This document shows, piece by piece, positions 52,001 through 64,000 of a stretch of DNA of 64,000 nt. The stretch is taken from NCBI GenBank assembly GCA_002633005.1, contig NMRA01000494.1, positions 62,001 through 126,000 on the forward strand. The letters run 5' to 3'. The notes under the pieces were generated by a model. It made no database searches. It was given only the letters and a program-made list of their open reading frames with translations, and was not told the origin of the DNA. The DNA comes from Phoronis australis (Eukaryota > Animalia > Phoronida). The position numbers and the translations under genes were made by a program. How positions within the stretch are numbered: position 1 is the first letter of the stretch; each line of letters starts with the position of its first letter.

Positions 52001-53098
52001 TTACAGAGAGAGTGAGAAATAGCCAGGCATTAAAATCAGTAATAAAATCAGTGTTCGTATCACAAATTCATTGGGAAAAATGAGTGTTCTGCAATGGACT
52101 AAAGTGAATTTGTATGTGAAAATGATGGAGAGTATTATTTTCCTACGTTTTGCATGTTACCAAAAAAACAAGAAAAAAAATCGGTTTTCGTATCACAAAT
52201 ATACTAAAGTGAATTTGTATGTGAAAACATCACCATTTGTGTTCTTGAGCTGTTGAATTTTAGCTTAATTGATAAATATTGGATAGATATTGGAAAAACT
52301 TCATTACATGAGAAAACTGGCTTGCATTTAAGTTGGTTTTGCCAATTATTACTAAAATAAAGGGTTCTTTCTTTGATAAAAGTTATCAATAAACATTTAC
52401 ATTTATCTTCAATTGTCATTTCTGGTGGCTTTCTATTAAAGAACACCCTAAATCAGAATGGACATTGCAGATGTTGCAAATAGTGCCTTCTTTAACATAA
52501 ATGGGGCTTTAGATCAAATAAATTACGCCAACTTGTCATGTTCATTTGTCTGAAACATGTTCTTTATATAAACTATCACAGCATTATAAAAATGTTAATA
52601 TTTTCAGTTTGGTTACCATGGATCAGTTAAAAACACAAATACAGTGCTCTTAACTTTATTTGGATTGACATGTGCGTTAACTTAAACAATTATATTGAAT
52701 TATGGTAAAAACTTTTCAATTTTGTTCGAGAATCATTGTGAAAACTGGCATTTTTGTTCATGCTCAGTCAGTGCTCCTGTTTAATGTTCACTTGCTAAAT
52801 CATTGCAAATTAATTCCATGATAGCATGAAATTGTGCCAAATTGAAATAATTCAACTGACATCAAGGATTTCATTGTAATAATTGTTTTAATTTTTCTTT
52901 ATTCAAGTGAACACAGAGGAATTTTGTTAGGAGATTCGGGCTACCCTTATTGAACGTTTCTAATGACGTCATTTATTAATCCTGGTGATGATTCAGAGGT
53001 CTCTTTCAATAACGCATTAAATTATGTAGAGCGAGAGTGTTAATTGAGCAAACGTTTGGTATTTTAAAGCGCCGTTTCTCTTGTCTTCATGGTGAGTT
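49015..53098 (+). mobile_element. PIF/Harbinger DNA transposon with an intron-containing HARBI1-like transposase; 3' part decayed and cut by a gap
   Basis: Left terminus ggcccggtgcctaatgtcagactcg after CTG, with repeated ctcga motifs. Exons 49171-49585 (FRRYRF, LLLTLRFLASGS..IGE..GKSTVGR), 50804-50919 ([32 protein letters not shown]), 51855-51966 (CVAKWPGSVHDSRIF), ~52907-53098 (LLGDSGYP, RVLIEQTFGILKRRFSCL). The last exon has a mutated acceptor, a TGA at 52951 and a frameshift, and ends at N 53099. Confidence 0.9.
50228..50365. mobile_element. hAT-type MITE with perfect 8-bp TSD in Harbinger intron 1
   Basis: TCTCTCAG|cagtcttgtagtgg...ccactacaacactg|TCTCTCAG; its right end is the reverse-complement homolog of the hAT left end at 32684-32770. 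Confidence 0.9.
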
Positions 53099-53099
53099 N

Positions 53100-56000
53100 A
53101 TCACTGCCAGGAAACAGCTCCACAACACGTGCCATCTTCCAAGAATTCCGGGGAACGTTATCGTCAACAATTAGCCCAACGTCGTTGACCGATAAATTTC
53201 TGTGAGCACGTTTCCACTTTGAGCGTTCTTGTAGAGTGACTAAATATTCCTTTCGCCATCGATTCCAAAAGCAGTTGGCCAGATACTGCACACGCTTCCA
53301 CATTTTGCGACAGGTAACATCACTTTCCTCGAATTTTCCTGGCGGCACCATCCACTGCGAGCGTAGTGTAAGAATGTGGTTCGGTGTCAACGCGTTGAAG
53401 TCATTTGGATCGTCGGTAACAGTCGTAAACGGCCGGCTGTTGATGATGGATTCGACCTCACAAATGAAAGTGTGGAAAGCATCGTCGTTGAGATTTCTTC
53501 CATGTGACCTTAAAAGACCATTGAGTATCTTCCTGATAGTGCGAACTTGACGTTCCCACACGCCTCCATGGTGGCTTCCAGTCGGTGGATTAAATTTCCA
53601 TTTCACCTCACGGCTCAACAACTCATCATTGATCTGTTGCTCCAGCCTCAATTCACGGTCAGCTCCGCGAAAATTCGTTGCATTATCGCTGCGGATTTCT
53701 TTCACTTCACCTCTCCGAGCCATAAAACGACGGAGAGAATTTATAAAGGAGCTCACATCGAGGTTTCTTGAGATTTCTACGTGAACAGCTCGCATACTAA
53801 GACAAGTGAAGACAACTGCATATCGCTTGCATTCTCGTCGTCCTTCTTTCACCACAAACGGTCCCAAATAATCAACGCCCGACCGAGCAAAGGGGACGTC
53901 ATAAGAGACTCTATCTGCAGGCAAGTCGGACATCTTCTGGCACGAAGTTGGAGCCTGTAGGCGTTTGCACGTAACACACTGTCGCAAAATTCGTCGCACA
54001 TTTGAGTTGGCATGGATAACCCAGTAAGTTTCGCGTATTTTCGCTAGGGTATGGTTTCTTCCTGCATGTCCCAACTTCTCGTGTGCATCGCGTATAATCA
54101 AATCACTTAGGTGACTATTCTTAGGTATAATTATTGGGTGACGTTCCGTAAATGGTATCTCAGCACACCTCAACCTCCCTCCAACAACCAGAACGCCGTT
54201 AACATCAAGCACAGGATTGAGGGATACGATAGGGCTTGCTCTTGAAAGTTTCCCGCCGTTCTTTAGTGCTGAAATATCTGATGAAAATTCTTGTCGCTGA
54301 ACACTTTTGATGATCACGATTTTCGCAACGTTAAGATGTTCAACAGTCAGTTGAGCGTTTTGGCAATCAAACTTCTTCTTGCGAGCCATTCGGCTGTCAA
54401 CAAAACGTGCAATCTTTGGGGGATCATGTACATTCGTGGCAATTTCGGCCTCGACGACCTTTCTATCTGCAGCCCACCTACGCAATAAATCCTTGAAGTG
54501 CAATAACCACGCACATCCGCGTGTCAGCTTATACCAGCTTGAGTAATGTTGGATTAAAACAGTTATCGGATCTCCAGGGGAGTCAGTGCACATACCGTAT
54601 GAGTCGACTTTGACTTCAGGGTCAGTTTCGGGGAAACTTGTGACGATGGCCTGCGTTGGCCAGTTGGCTTCCGTCTTCCACAAGAATTCGGGTCCGTTCA
54701 ACCAGCACGTGTTGATCAGCAGGTTCTCAGCACTTGTACCCCGTGATGCTACGTCTGCTGGGTTTTCGGTTGTTTTCACGTATCGCCAGTGACTGGGGAG
54801 CGACTTGTCACGAATCTGGCTGATTCTGTTGGCTACGAACACTTTGAATTGCCTGGCATCGTTGTTAATGTAGCGCAACACTGTCATGCTGTCGGTCCAA
54901 AATATGACATCGTCAACAGGAAACTCTAACTCATTTTCCATCATTCTGCCAATACGTGCGGCAACTGTTGCAGCGGTAAGCTCCAGCCTGGGAACGGTGA
55001 TGAGCTTAAGCGGTGCTAGTCTTGACTTCGCCATCAGGAAAGAACAATGTATACGTTCTGAGTCATCGACCTGTCGCAAGTAGATCACACAGCCGTATGC
55101 ATAAGAGCTGGCATCTGCGAAACAGTGCAATTGTCGAAGTTTCACATCCCCGAAATCAACAGGCTTGAGGCAGCGGCCGACAACAAATGATTCAAGCATG
55201 GAAATCTGTCGTTGCCATTCGATGAATTTCGATCGGAAGTCGCTCGGAATTTCGTCATCCCATCCAACTGCGCTGCAGCAAAGCTGTTGAAGGTAACGTC
55301 TGGCCGGAAGCACTGCCGGTGCGGCGAAACCAAGGGGGTCGTAAAATGACGATACCATAGACAAAATACCTCGTCTGGTGAAGGAGTAGTCTTTCAGACG
55401 AGTCTTGAAAGTAAACACGTCTTTCTCAACGGACCATATCACACCCAAGGCACGACTGGCTGGCAAATCGTCAATGGCCAAATCTAGGGTTTTAACTTCT
55501 TTGGCGCGGTCACTTTCAGGGACACCTTCAATAACGTTTCGGCGATTACTCAACACCTTCATCAGATTGAAACCACCTGCGGCACAGACGTCTCTTAGTT
55601 TGCGGACAAGGCGAACAGCTTCTTCAGTTGTCTTGACAGACCGTAGACAGTCGTCTACATAAAAATTACGCTTAATAGTGTTGTAAACCACTGGATCGTC
55701 GTACGCAAAATCATCTGCTGTCTTGCGCAGCGCAAAATTAGCACAACTGGGCGAGGAGGATGCGCCAAAGAGATGGACAACCATCTGCAAATCTTCTGGC
55801 TCAGTGCTGTAATTATCATCTGGCCACCAAAGAAAGCGAAAATAGTCCCAATCGTGTGGCGGTACACGCACTTGATGAAACATGGCCTCTACGTTCATCA
55901 TGACTACGACTCTCTCTTCCCGGAACCTGGTAAGCACACCAACAATAGAATTTGGCCCATATAGAAGGCAGTCGTTTGCGCTTTCCCCTGGCATTTGGCG

Positions 56001-59000
56001 CTACAGTCAAATACAACCCGCACTTTGCCTGGTTTATTTGAGTTGTAAAAACCGTGGTGCGGGATGTACCGTACTTTGCCTTTCATAGGTTTCTGGTCGG
56101 GAGGTACCTTACGAGCGTAGCCTTTGCTCAGAATGTCGTTCATGAAGGTTTCGTAATCTTGTCGATAGGTAGAGTTGCTAAACAACTTTCTTTTAAGGCC
56201 TCTTGCTCTCGATTGGGCTATCTCTCGGTTGTTCGCAACAGTATCACTTCCCTCTCGAAAGGGCAATGGAAATATGTAATGACCATCTGCGTGCTGAACG
56301 CCTCGGTTCACAGCATGTACATGTAGGAATCGTCTGTCGTCTTGGGAGTAGACGGCGTCGTCCTTCTCGTTAGCAGCGTATTCGCCGGTAAAGTCGTATT
56401 CGAATAATTTCTGAAGGAGCTGGCTTTGACTGACTTCCTTCATTTGGTCGAATATTGACAGTTGTCTAAACATTTCTGTGGTTGGGTTTTCCGTCATAAA
56501 CACATAGTTGCACGAAATAACACGCGTTGTCAAGTTCTGCAGTGCTATGGAAACGGGGCCGATGATCAACCACCCGAGTCGAGTCAACACGGCGTAGGGC
56601 CACCGTCTCTGCCTGGCACAACCTGTAGTGGTTCAGTCGCCTTGGCGCAGTTACTGCCGATAAGAAGGCCGATGTCAACATCAGAGTGGTCATCTGGAAT
56701 GTCTATATGACGTAAGTAAGACCACTGAGTTGACCACATCTTGAGCGGTGGGAATTCCTTCTCTAGATACAGTAATCTTGAAGTGGGCGTATACAACAGG
56801 GAGGTTTATAACGTTCTGGCCAATCAAATCCTCTGCCTCCGTTTCAACCTCTGATTGTCCGTACATGGTTGTGAGCTGAAGCCTGCTCGGCACACCATTC
56901 ACATTAAATTGACTTAACAGATCATTTGTCGCAAAACAGCCTGATGAACCATTGTCAAGGAAGGCATAGGTGACGATGCTATCTTCGGAATTCGCCTTCT
57001 TGATACGCACAGGTATGATCGGCATCATAAGTGTAGTGTTGTGTGATGTAGTGGCGAATGTACCCCTGCGATCACCACCACGATCACTTAATTCTGTGTT
57101 CGTGGTCGCATCTCGGCGTTCTTGTTGGGTATCATGATCTTGTCGCTTGTTCTGTTTGGCTGCTGCGGGTTGGCGCTTGGGAACTTCAAACCCGTCGATG
57201 TGCATAATGATTGGGTGTCGTTTGTTGCATTTTTTTGCATTGTCCTTTGGATCTACAATTTTTCGAAGAATNTAACTCTGTGTTCGTGGACGCATCTCGG
57301 CGTTCTTGTTGGGTATCATCTTGTCGCTTGTTCTGTTTGGCTGCTGCGGATTGCCGCTTGGGAACTTCAAACCCGTCGATGTGCATAATGGTTGGGTGTC
57401 GTTTGTTGCATTTTTTGCATTGTCCTTTGGCTCTACAATTTTTCGAAGAATGTCCGGGTTTTAAACATCCGAAACATAATTTCCGTTCAATCACAAATTG
57501 TCGTCTTTCCTCGTAAGGTTTCGCACACAAAGCGTTACAAACATCTACGCGATGGTTGCCGTTACAGTAGATGCAAGAGACAGTTTGATGCTGGGTAATG
57601 TTCACCTCTAATTTACCAGTTGGTCGCTTACCGAAAACTGGATCAGAAAAGATGAAGGACTCATCACAAACAAAGTTCACAAAATACTCGAATGTCACGT
57701 CACGAGTAAATCTGCCGCGAATCTTACTGGCCTCGCGCCGCCATCTATTTTGCATAGGCGCAGGCAGTTTTGACATGAGTTCTTGAAGATTTTTGGGATG
57801 GTCAAGTTGGATCAACTGATTAATGTCTTTCAAGGCATTATAAGCAGTCTTTAGAGCAATTGAAAAACGGGAAATCGGCACAGAATCTTCTAAAACCAAC
57901 TCTTGCTGTCGTTTNTGGGATCCGAGGAAAGTCCAAAAGTTTTTGAACGTATGCTGTTGCCACAACAAAACTATTGCCATATTGTTGCTCTGAGAGCCGT
58001 TTGGCTTCAGAATACCCATTGTACGTTGGCATGTGTAAACAGCTTCGCACAAGTTCATTCGCACCTCCTGAAGTATACTGCTCTAGATAATAAAGTTTAT
58101 CAATCTCGGAATCCAGCTTGCTTTCTACGCGAACTTCAAACGCCCTGATGAACTGACGGTACTGGTCTGCATCCCCGTTGAATTTCTTTATCTTTGGTGT
58201 AGGCAAGGACCTTCTAGCAACGAAGTCCAAAATACCCGAAACGTTCTCGGCGCTTGGCATAAAATAACGAGAGTTCACAGAAGGTGGCGCTAATGCGGGA
58301 GCGACGGATACAGCCGGAGGATAGTAACAAGTGCTAACAGCAGGTGTCGCCAATGCGGGCGAGGACGATGTAGCCGGTGGATAGTTCATAACAGGACGCG
58401 CTAGTGTGGGAGCAGCGGATGCAGCCTGCCACATAGTCGCTGGATCACAAGGTACACAGGGTGCAAACCTAGGCACTGCACACACAGCAGGTGTCGACAT
58501 AGACACAGTCACTGGATCACAAAACGAAGATACGGGCACAAAGTCTGATGCAAAGCCAGGCACTGTGGACACAGCAGGTGTCGACATAGTCACAGTCACT
58601 GGATTACATAACGAAGATACGGGCACAAAATCTGATGCGGATACATTGAGTGACGAACTGTGAGGGTTGCGAGAGGGGGTATGCTGCTCACTAACGTCAT
58701 CGAACCCAGCTTCCAACTCAGCCAACTCAGCGTGGATCTCAAGTTCCTGACGCTTGAAACTTATTATACTGTCCTCCTTGCGTCGTTCCGCATCCAAACG
58801 TAGTTCTTCTAAAACCAACTCTTGCTGTCGTTTCAGAATGTCTTGCTTAATTCGCAGTTCAGCTTTCCTCGCTCGTTGGGTGGCTCTTAGGTCACGCTCG
58901 GTTGGCTCCCTATTCACGGTATCGATGTTGATAGGGGCATTGTGTAACTCGTCCACTGTTCCTGGATTCATATCCAAACTCTTGGTAGTCTCTTGAGCAG

Positions 59001-59040
59001 TCATTTGAAACAAAATGTAGGAGCCATGGGCATTGAACAC
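53100..59040 (-). mobile_element. BEL/Pao LTR retrotransposon gag-pol, frameshifted and fragmented by assembly gaps
   Basis: Gag with FNGDADQYRQF..KLYYLEQYTSG and three Cys-His knuckles (CIYCNGNH, CFGCLKPGHSSKNC, CKKCNKRH); protease YAFLDNGS; RT YIPHHG..KVRVVFDCSA, HLFGASSSP, FYVDD; RNase H LHCFADAS..TVPRLEL, FWTDS; integrase HEKLGH..CVTC, GVDYLGP, IRSDNATNF, GGVWER. Domain order PR-RT-RH-IN. LTRs not identified. Confidence 0.96.
58462..58638 (-). repeat. 87-bp in-frame tandem duplication in BEL gag
   Basis: acagcaggtgtcgacat at 58484 and 58571; protein ASDFVPVSSLCNPVTVTMSTPAVSTVPGF / ASDFVPVSSFCDPVTVSMSTPAVCAVPRF. Confidence 0.9.
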
Positions 59041-62000
59041 ACGGGATAGTCGGATATGATACGTTTATTTTCAACAAGGTTGACGTTATGCTTACTGTCC
59101 GACAAGGCCGGTTTCACTGAAACAAATATAACGAATAATAAGTCTTTGGAAATACAGCGTTCACGTTACAATACAATAAAGATATTCCACGTAATACAGC
59201 ATGGGCTAATTAAACAGTCTTACACAATACGAGAAACAGCCAGTGAATTCTACGGTAATATGCGGAAAAATAGTATAAACTTACAATGATATAGGCTCTA
59301 GGCTCCATAAAAACATCGTTAGCGTTGTACGCGTTACCAGTATAGCGGTTCATGTCAAGAAGGCCAGATAGTACCGGAAAGTCTGTTATATAAGAAGCTT
59401 AACCAATTGACACACGTAGTATGACGTAACCTTACGCACTGCAAAATAAAATAGTGCATCAACAAAGATCATCAAGCATGTGAATGTTTTTATTCTAATG
59501 AGGCGTGCTTCGAATGTACAATTAGTAATCATAGTTTTGCAGTGGTTCATATGAGATGGATTCATTAAACCCAGTAAATATTTTTGCAACTGCCGATCTG
59601 CATATTAGACATGCATATTGCATCATATCTCATCAGAGTAAAACTTGTTATCAATCATAGTAGAAACATTTATTTTTATCATTGCCTCAAGACCTTAACA
59701 AACATAGTCAGTGTCTGTAACTGTTGTGTATACATTGCTGATAAATTAAAGTCGGTCTAATTCCATTTTTATATCACTGATTCATGCCAAAGGTTTGAAA
59801 TTGTGCCCCCTTAAGAGTTTTGACTGGTGATCACTAGAATCCGATGCAATAAAGTTGTTGTTTTTTAACCAGGGTAATAGAGTCGACAATTGTTTGCGTT
59901 TTCCTTTGCGAGAGTGTTCTTTTTGAATCACCGGATTAATCATTTTAACGCTCTACATGAAAACACAGACTACTTTTTTAGGATAACATGTACCAGGTTA
60001 ACCCGAAAATATTATTCTCAAAGTTTTACCCCTTGGATTATACGCGAAACGGCAGGTATTGTGTTAATACGCCAAAGGGCTCGGAAGGCTCTAGCCTTGG
60101 TGCGAAGCTGTTTACTAAATTAAATATACAAATTTGTGCCGTTGTGGTTAAAAAATAACCGAAAAAAATCTTCCAAGAGTATTCTAAATTATTTAACAGC
60201 GATGCAAAAATTGTTTTTTTTACAATTATTGTGCTGCTAAACTTATGGTGTGATCTTTTGCGTCGATTTCGGCGCAATGAAATATTGCGTCACCTATTAG
60301 CCAGTTTCTCTTTCCCAGATTCTTCAATCAAACGTTCTCCCTCGAGGTTGCGTAAACTTCACGACAAATGATCAGAATTGGTTTCACTTCATTTTATGCT
60401 TTTGGAATGTTGATATCAGTGAACAAATTTTGCTGAGATGTTGTCACCATCTAATGGGAGATGTCGAACACATTTTGAAAGTGGCGCGTGTCACGAATGA
60501 ACTCTTTTCAAAACGACGACATAAGTTTTTTCGTTACAAAAGGCAGAGAATTGCGCAAGAAGATGACATCGGGTGTTTTTCGGTTCAGCGGCCGTAACGG
60601 GCAACTTGAATGCCAATTGACTTCCAGAGTTTGCATACACACTCACCGGTCTGGAGCTCATGTTGATACAAGCTTTTGGCGTGGTGACAAGCGTAACTAT
60701 ACGGGCTGTGTGAACTTTCGAGGTCTGTTTGAGCTCAATACGCAGTGGCACCTTACTGTTTTTTGGAAACAGTCTTCACAGCTAGCTGGCTAGATAGGAA
60801 GGCTCTAGCTTCGAAAATTTTTTTTCTGCGAAAGTGACAACAGTATCAGAATGATGGTTGATGACACTATCAACCGTTCACAGTCTTCCGTTTTCATGCG
60901 CCCTTGATTTGATATCGCCGCTATGTTCAAACCCTTGTTTATGTTGTTCCTAAAATAAACTTGGGTTCTATTGCTGTACCAACATATTAAGAAATTATAC
61001 AGAAATAAACAATTATTATCTGTCGTAAAGCGCAATATACAGCGTGATGAAGTGATGATCAAGAGCACTAACGGATGAGCGCAAATGCGTGCTGCTTGTT
61101 GAGCATTCCGCGGCATGAAAACATTTGAGGTCGTAAAATTATCAGTGTTGTATTCTGATTTTTATGCAATTTTGCTGTAAATTTCAAATTCCGTGCTTGT
61201 GTTTGTGCATAATGTACTGTATAAAAAGTCTCATGTTTAAAGTTAGAAATTATGCTTCCGCGATATCACTTAACGTTTAATTTTACCACGCCAACATTAA
61301 TTCACCATAAGGTTTCAGGATGGTGTAATGTCATGCACTTCGTATTTGTAGGTTGATTCGATTTTACCTCCATTCAATATTTGAAAAAAAATTGATAAAC
61401 CGATGTCAAGACCGGAGTTGCCACTGGTAAACGAACAGCGAACAGTTAAATGTTTATTTGTCCAAAGTTCACCCGCTAAGTCATAAAATGGTTATTGCCG
61501 ACCAAGGACACGCTTAATTCGAATTGGTCGTCTACGCTAGGCGACCACTTAACCGACCCAGGTGCTGACCACAGAGGCGACTCAGCAGGCGGCTCATAAC
61601 CGACCGTTGTTGGTCGGCTGCTGGTCGGCTAGACGACCGGTCGACAGCCGGTCGTCGACCAATTTCCGACCTGTCGGACAAAAATTCGTGATGTGTGCTG
61701 TACGTCACTGAAGTCCATACCACAATAGAAAATACATTTGCACCACGAACTGCTGTCACATTGAACGAACATTGACTGATGCTGATGCATCTCTGCCACG
61801 TTGTCTCTGCGTCATATTTCGCTAAACTCATCATTTTGAGAATATTTTGGGCAAACGTTTTGTTAAAAAAATGTTCTGTAAAGTTTTGTCAAAATCTGTT
61901 AAGCGGTTTTAGCAGTAATCGAAAGTCAAGAAGAACCCTGTGTACGCATAAGAATGTTGGGAAAGTGTTTCTCACCAACGGGACCCCCTTGACGTATACG

Positions 62001-63394
62001 GGCGCCGGAGCTGTGCCTCCCCCCTCGACAATACTCCATCAAAAATATGCACCCTTAAAGAACTTGAAAATAAACTCTGTGAATTTCAGAAAAAGAAAAT
62101 GTTTTTATAACACTAAAATGTTACATTTTTCTGCAGTATCATAAAATTATTTCTTATGCTTATGGTACCAGCTGCTTGCAAGAACCTTGCAAATGTCAGT
62201 CGGGACTGCGATGACCATGTACTGAGTACAAATTTAACTTAATTTAATTTAGCTACCTCTCAAAAATAAACCAATGTACACGTTAATACAAATAAAGCTC
62301 AAACATTTTCTTGGAAGAACTCACAAAACCCAGGGGATGCCCAGTTTTATGTTCCCCCGGTTGCTCGTCACAAATCTGTATGACTTCGAGAATTGCTTAT
62401 AGTATTCTGTTTAGATAAACAACACGTTTCTTGTTTCCAATTTATATATTTTCAGCAATATCAATTTTTTATGTTTCAAGGCAGGCCACTGGACCACATT
62501 ACAAAGCATTACATAAGCACTTCTGTGCGCATGCGCACACTTTTTACATTTTGACAATAGATTCGCGTCTTCGATAAAAAGTTCTTACTCTTTTATACCT
62601 TTGATTACATTATGTTTACAAAAGTACCATTGGCCATATTTATGATAGGAAGTAAGTATTTTTGGCAAAGATCGTTATTTGTAATTAATTACTCAAATGA
62701 GTCTGTTAACCAGCAATGTCAATCTCCCTCATTTCACAAGCGCGTCTACCCGTTTGTGTAGGCAACTCTAACAAAAATTTACAGAGAACCATTTTTACAT
62801 CCTTCTACGCATGAAAATGCCACGCCTCGCAGTAGTACATGGGAATATGTTAGCGCTGAACAGTTCCAACCAAAGTGTATCTGCAATAACAGAAAAGGTT
62901 TGCATGTCTTTTTAGCACAGACAATGATATGCAAGATTTTTCTGCCAGGTTTATGTATTTACCGAAATCGACTGATGGTAGTAAAAGACGGTGCCTCAAT
63001 GAACTTAGCTGCAAGATGAAATTCAGAAAGTCTTCTTCGTCCGATCCCCATATAGTTTAATAGAATAACGATTTTTGCCTGTCTGAAATTACTCTCCATG
63101 ACATTCTTCGACGAAATTTCGACAGTTCTACAGGTTGTCCTAAAACTACTCACCAATTCCAATGACAATGAATGCGTGTTTTATTGACTTAGGAACAGGA
63201 TTAGTGCTTTATAATTCACAAAGAGCAGAGGAAAGAGGATTCAACTCCTAACAGGCCAAGGAAGAATTGTCTTTGCACAACCTTGATGTGTTTTAGTTTC
63301 CAGTGGAATTGCGTAATGAATTTTCATTCTCCAAAATTGAGTCGTTTGTCATTTCTGTGCATACAGAGCTTGCAATGGCTCACGCACTCACTTA

Positions 63395-64000
63395 CAGTAC
63401 AAGGTGTAACCGCACAGTAGGTCCGGGCGCAGAATTTGACCCACGGGAATTGGATTTGATCTCGTGGCATTGTAGTGAAGTGTGAGTATAAATTGGGCCA
63501 ATATACTTTCGCTGCCATTTGTTGACACTGTTCAAAATGACTTTGGTAAACCACCTACAGAAGATGAAATCACGCACATGGCATTTACTGCCTCATTGCT
63601 GATAGTATCCAAACTTCTATTGTGTAACCTGCTGAAGCAACGCAATGGAGCGACATGACTTGCGTGCAAAACCACATCTCAGAGTAATCTTAATAACCCA
63701 AAGAATGTAGTGGAATTTGAGTGAAAACACAGAGGTAATACAGTTTTAGTATGCATACAGGCAAACTGTCAGCACAATAACTAACTGGGTCTAACACGAC
63801 CAAAAATATCCCTGCATAATACTGGGTGGCTGGCATGGAGAAAATCATACACTGCCTCTATCCTGATGCCTTGCTCAACCATGCGAGCCTTGATTTGATT
63901 TTGAGGCACTGAGTGATAGTCTGGCAGATCCGGGAATCCACGTGTTTGTATCACAGCCACGCTAGCCTCCTGTTCGTCATCGGGTACAAAACCAGGACTT
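63395..64000 (-). other. Possible exons of an unidentified minus-strand gene or pseudogene running off the window end
   Basis: An open frame from the window end to ~63787 (SPGFVPDDEQEASVAVIQTRGFPDLPDYHSVP...DIFGRVRP) ends at a GTTAGT donor. A second block ~63395-63554 has a good acceptor (cttctgtag) and a GTAAGT donor. No recognisable domain, and the in-phase join meets a stop. Confidence 0.3.

Noticed and set aside
52055-52227. Direct repeat tcgtatcacaaat...actaaagtgaatttgtatgtgaaaa
   Set aside because: A short local intronic duplication with no TIR/TSD or other sign of function.
49171-53098. Host gene HARBI1
   Set aside because: A transposon-like terminus with subterminal repeats, inactivating lesions and a TE-nest context favour a Harbinger transposon, so no gene symbol was assigned.
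53064-53099. C-terminal tail LTMKTRETAL of the 976-aa Pol ORF, and apparent BEL insertion into Harbinger
   Set aside because: The ORF reads through N 53099 into antisense Harbinger sequence. No LTR or TSD is present at the junction, so the adjacency is an assembly join.
59100-59600. BEL 5' LTR and primer-binding site
   Set aside because: The 3' LTR is lost at the gap, so no repeat pair can be verified, and I could not identify a convincing tRNA-complementary PBS.

Overview
AT-rich invertebrate animal genomic DNA with spliceosomal GT-AG introns; it is not prokaryotic and has no CRISPR array or rRNA. The first half (1-32 kb) holds two tandem, same-strand, intact-looking DEG/ENaC (ASIC/FaNaC/ppk-type) ion-channel paralogs. 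Gene 1 is partial (last 11 coding exons, 54-10799). Gene 2 is complete (13 coding exons, 14742-31969, 529 aa by my splicing). All 11 shared exons have identical lengths and phases. Their introns carry MITEs, microsatellites, a SINE-like remnant, and a Penelope-like (PLE) fragment with inverted pLTRs and a degenerate hammerhead motif. The second half (32.7-59 kb) is a transposon pile-up: a decayed KIAA1586-like hAT, a ~670-bp tandem array, a 4.3-kb TA-flanked non-autonomous TIR element, a decayed C2H2 gene, a THAP-DDE (ISL2EU-type) transposase, an intron-containing Harbinger transposase that appears to sit in its intron, and a BEL/Pao LTR retrotransposon. Five single-N joins (34954, 45541, 53099, 57272, 57915) make some adjacencies and duplications suspect. 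I see no clearly new multi-gene system. The best leads are the atypical pore/gating residues and His-rich ectodomain of the channel pair, the PLE hammerhead variant, and a possible spliced 50-aa membrane micropeptide. All calls come from reading by eye; no searches were run.
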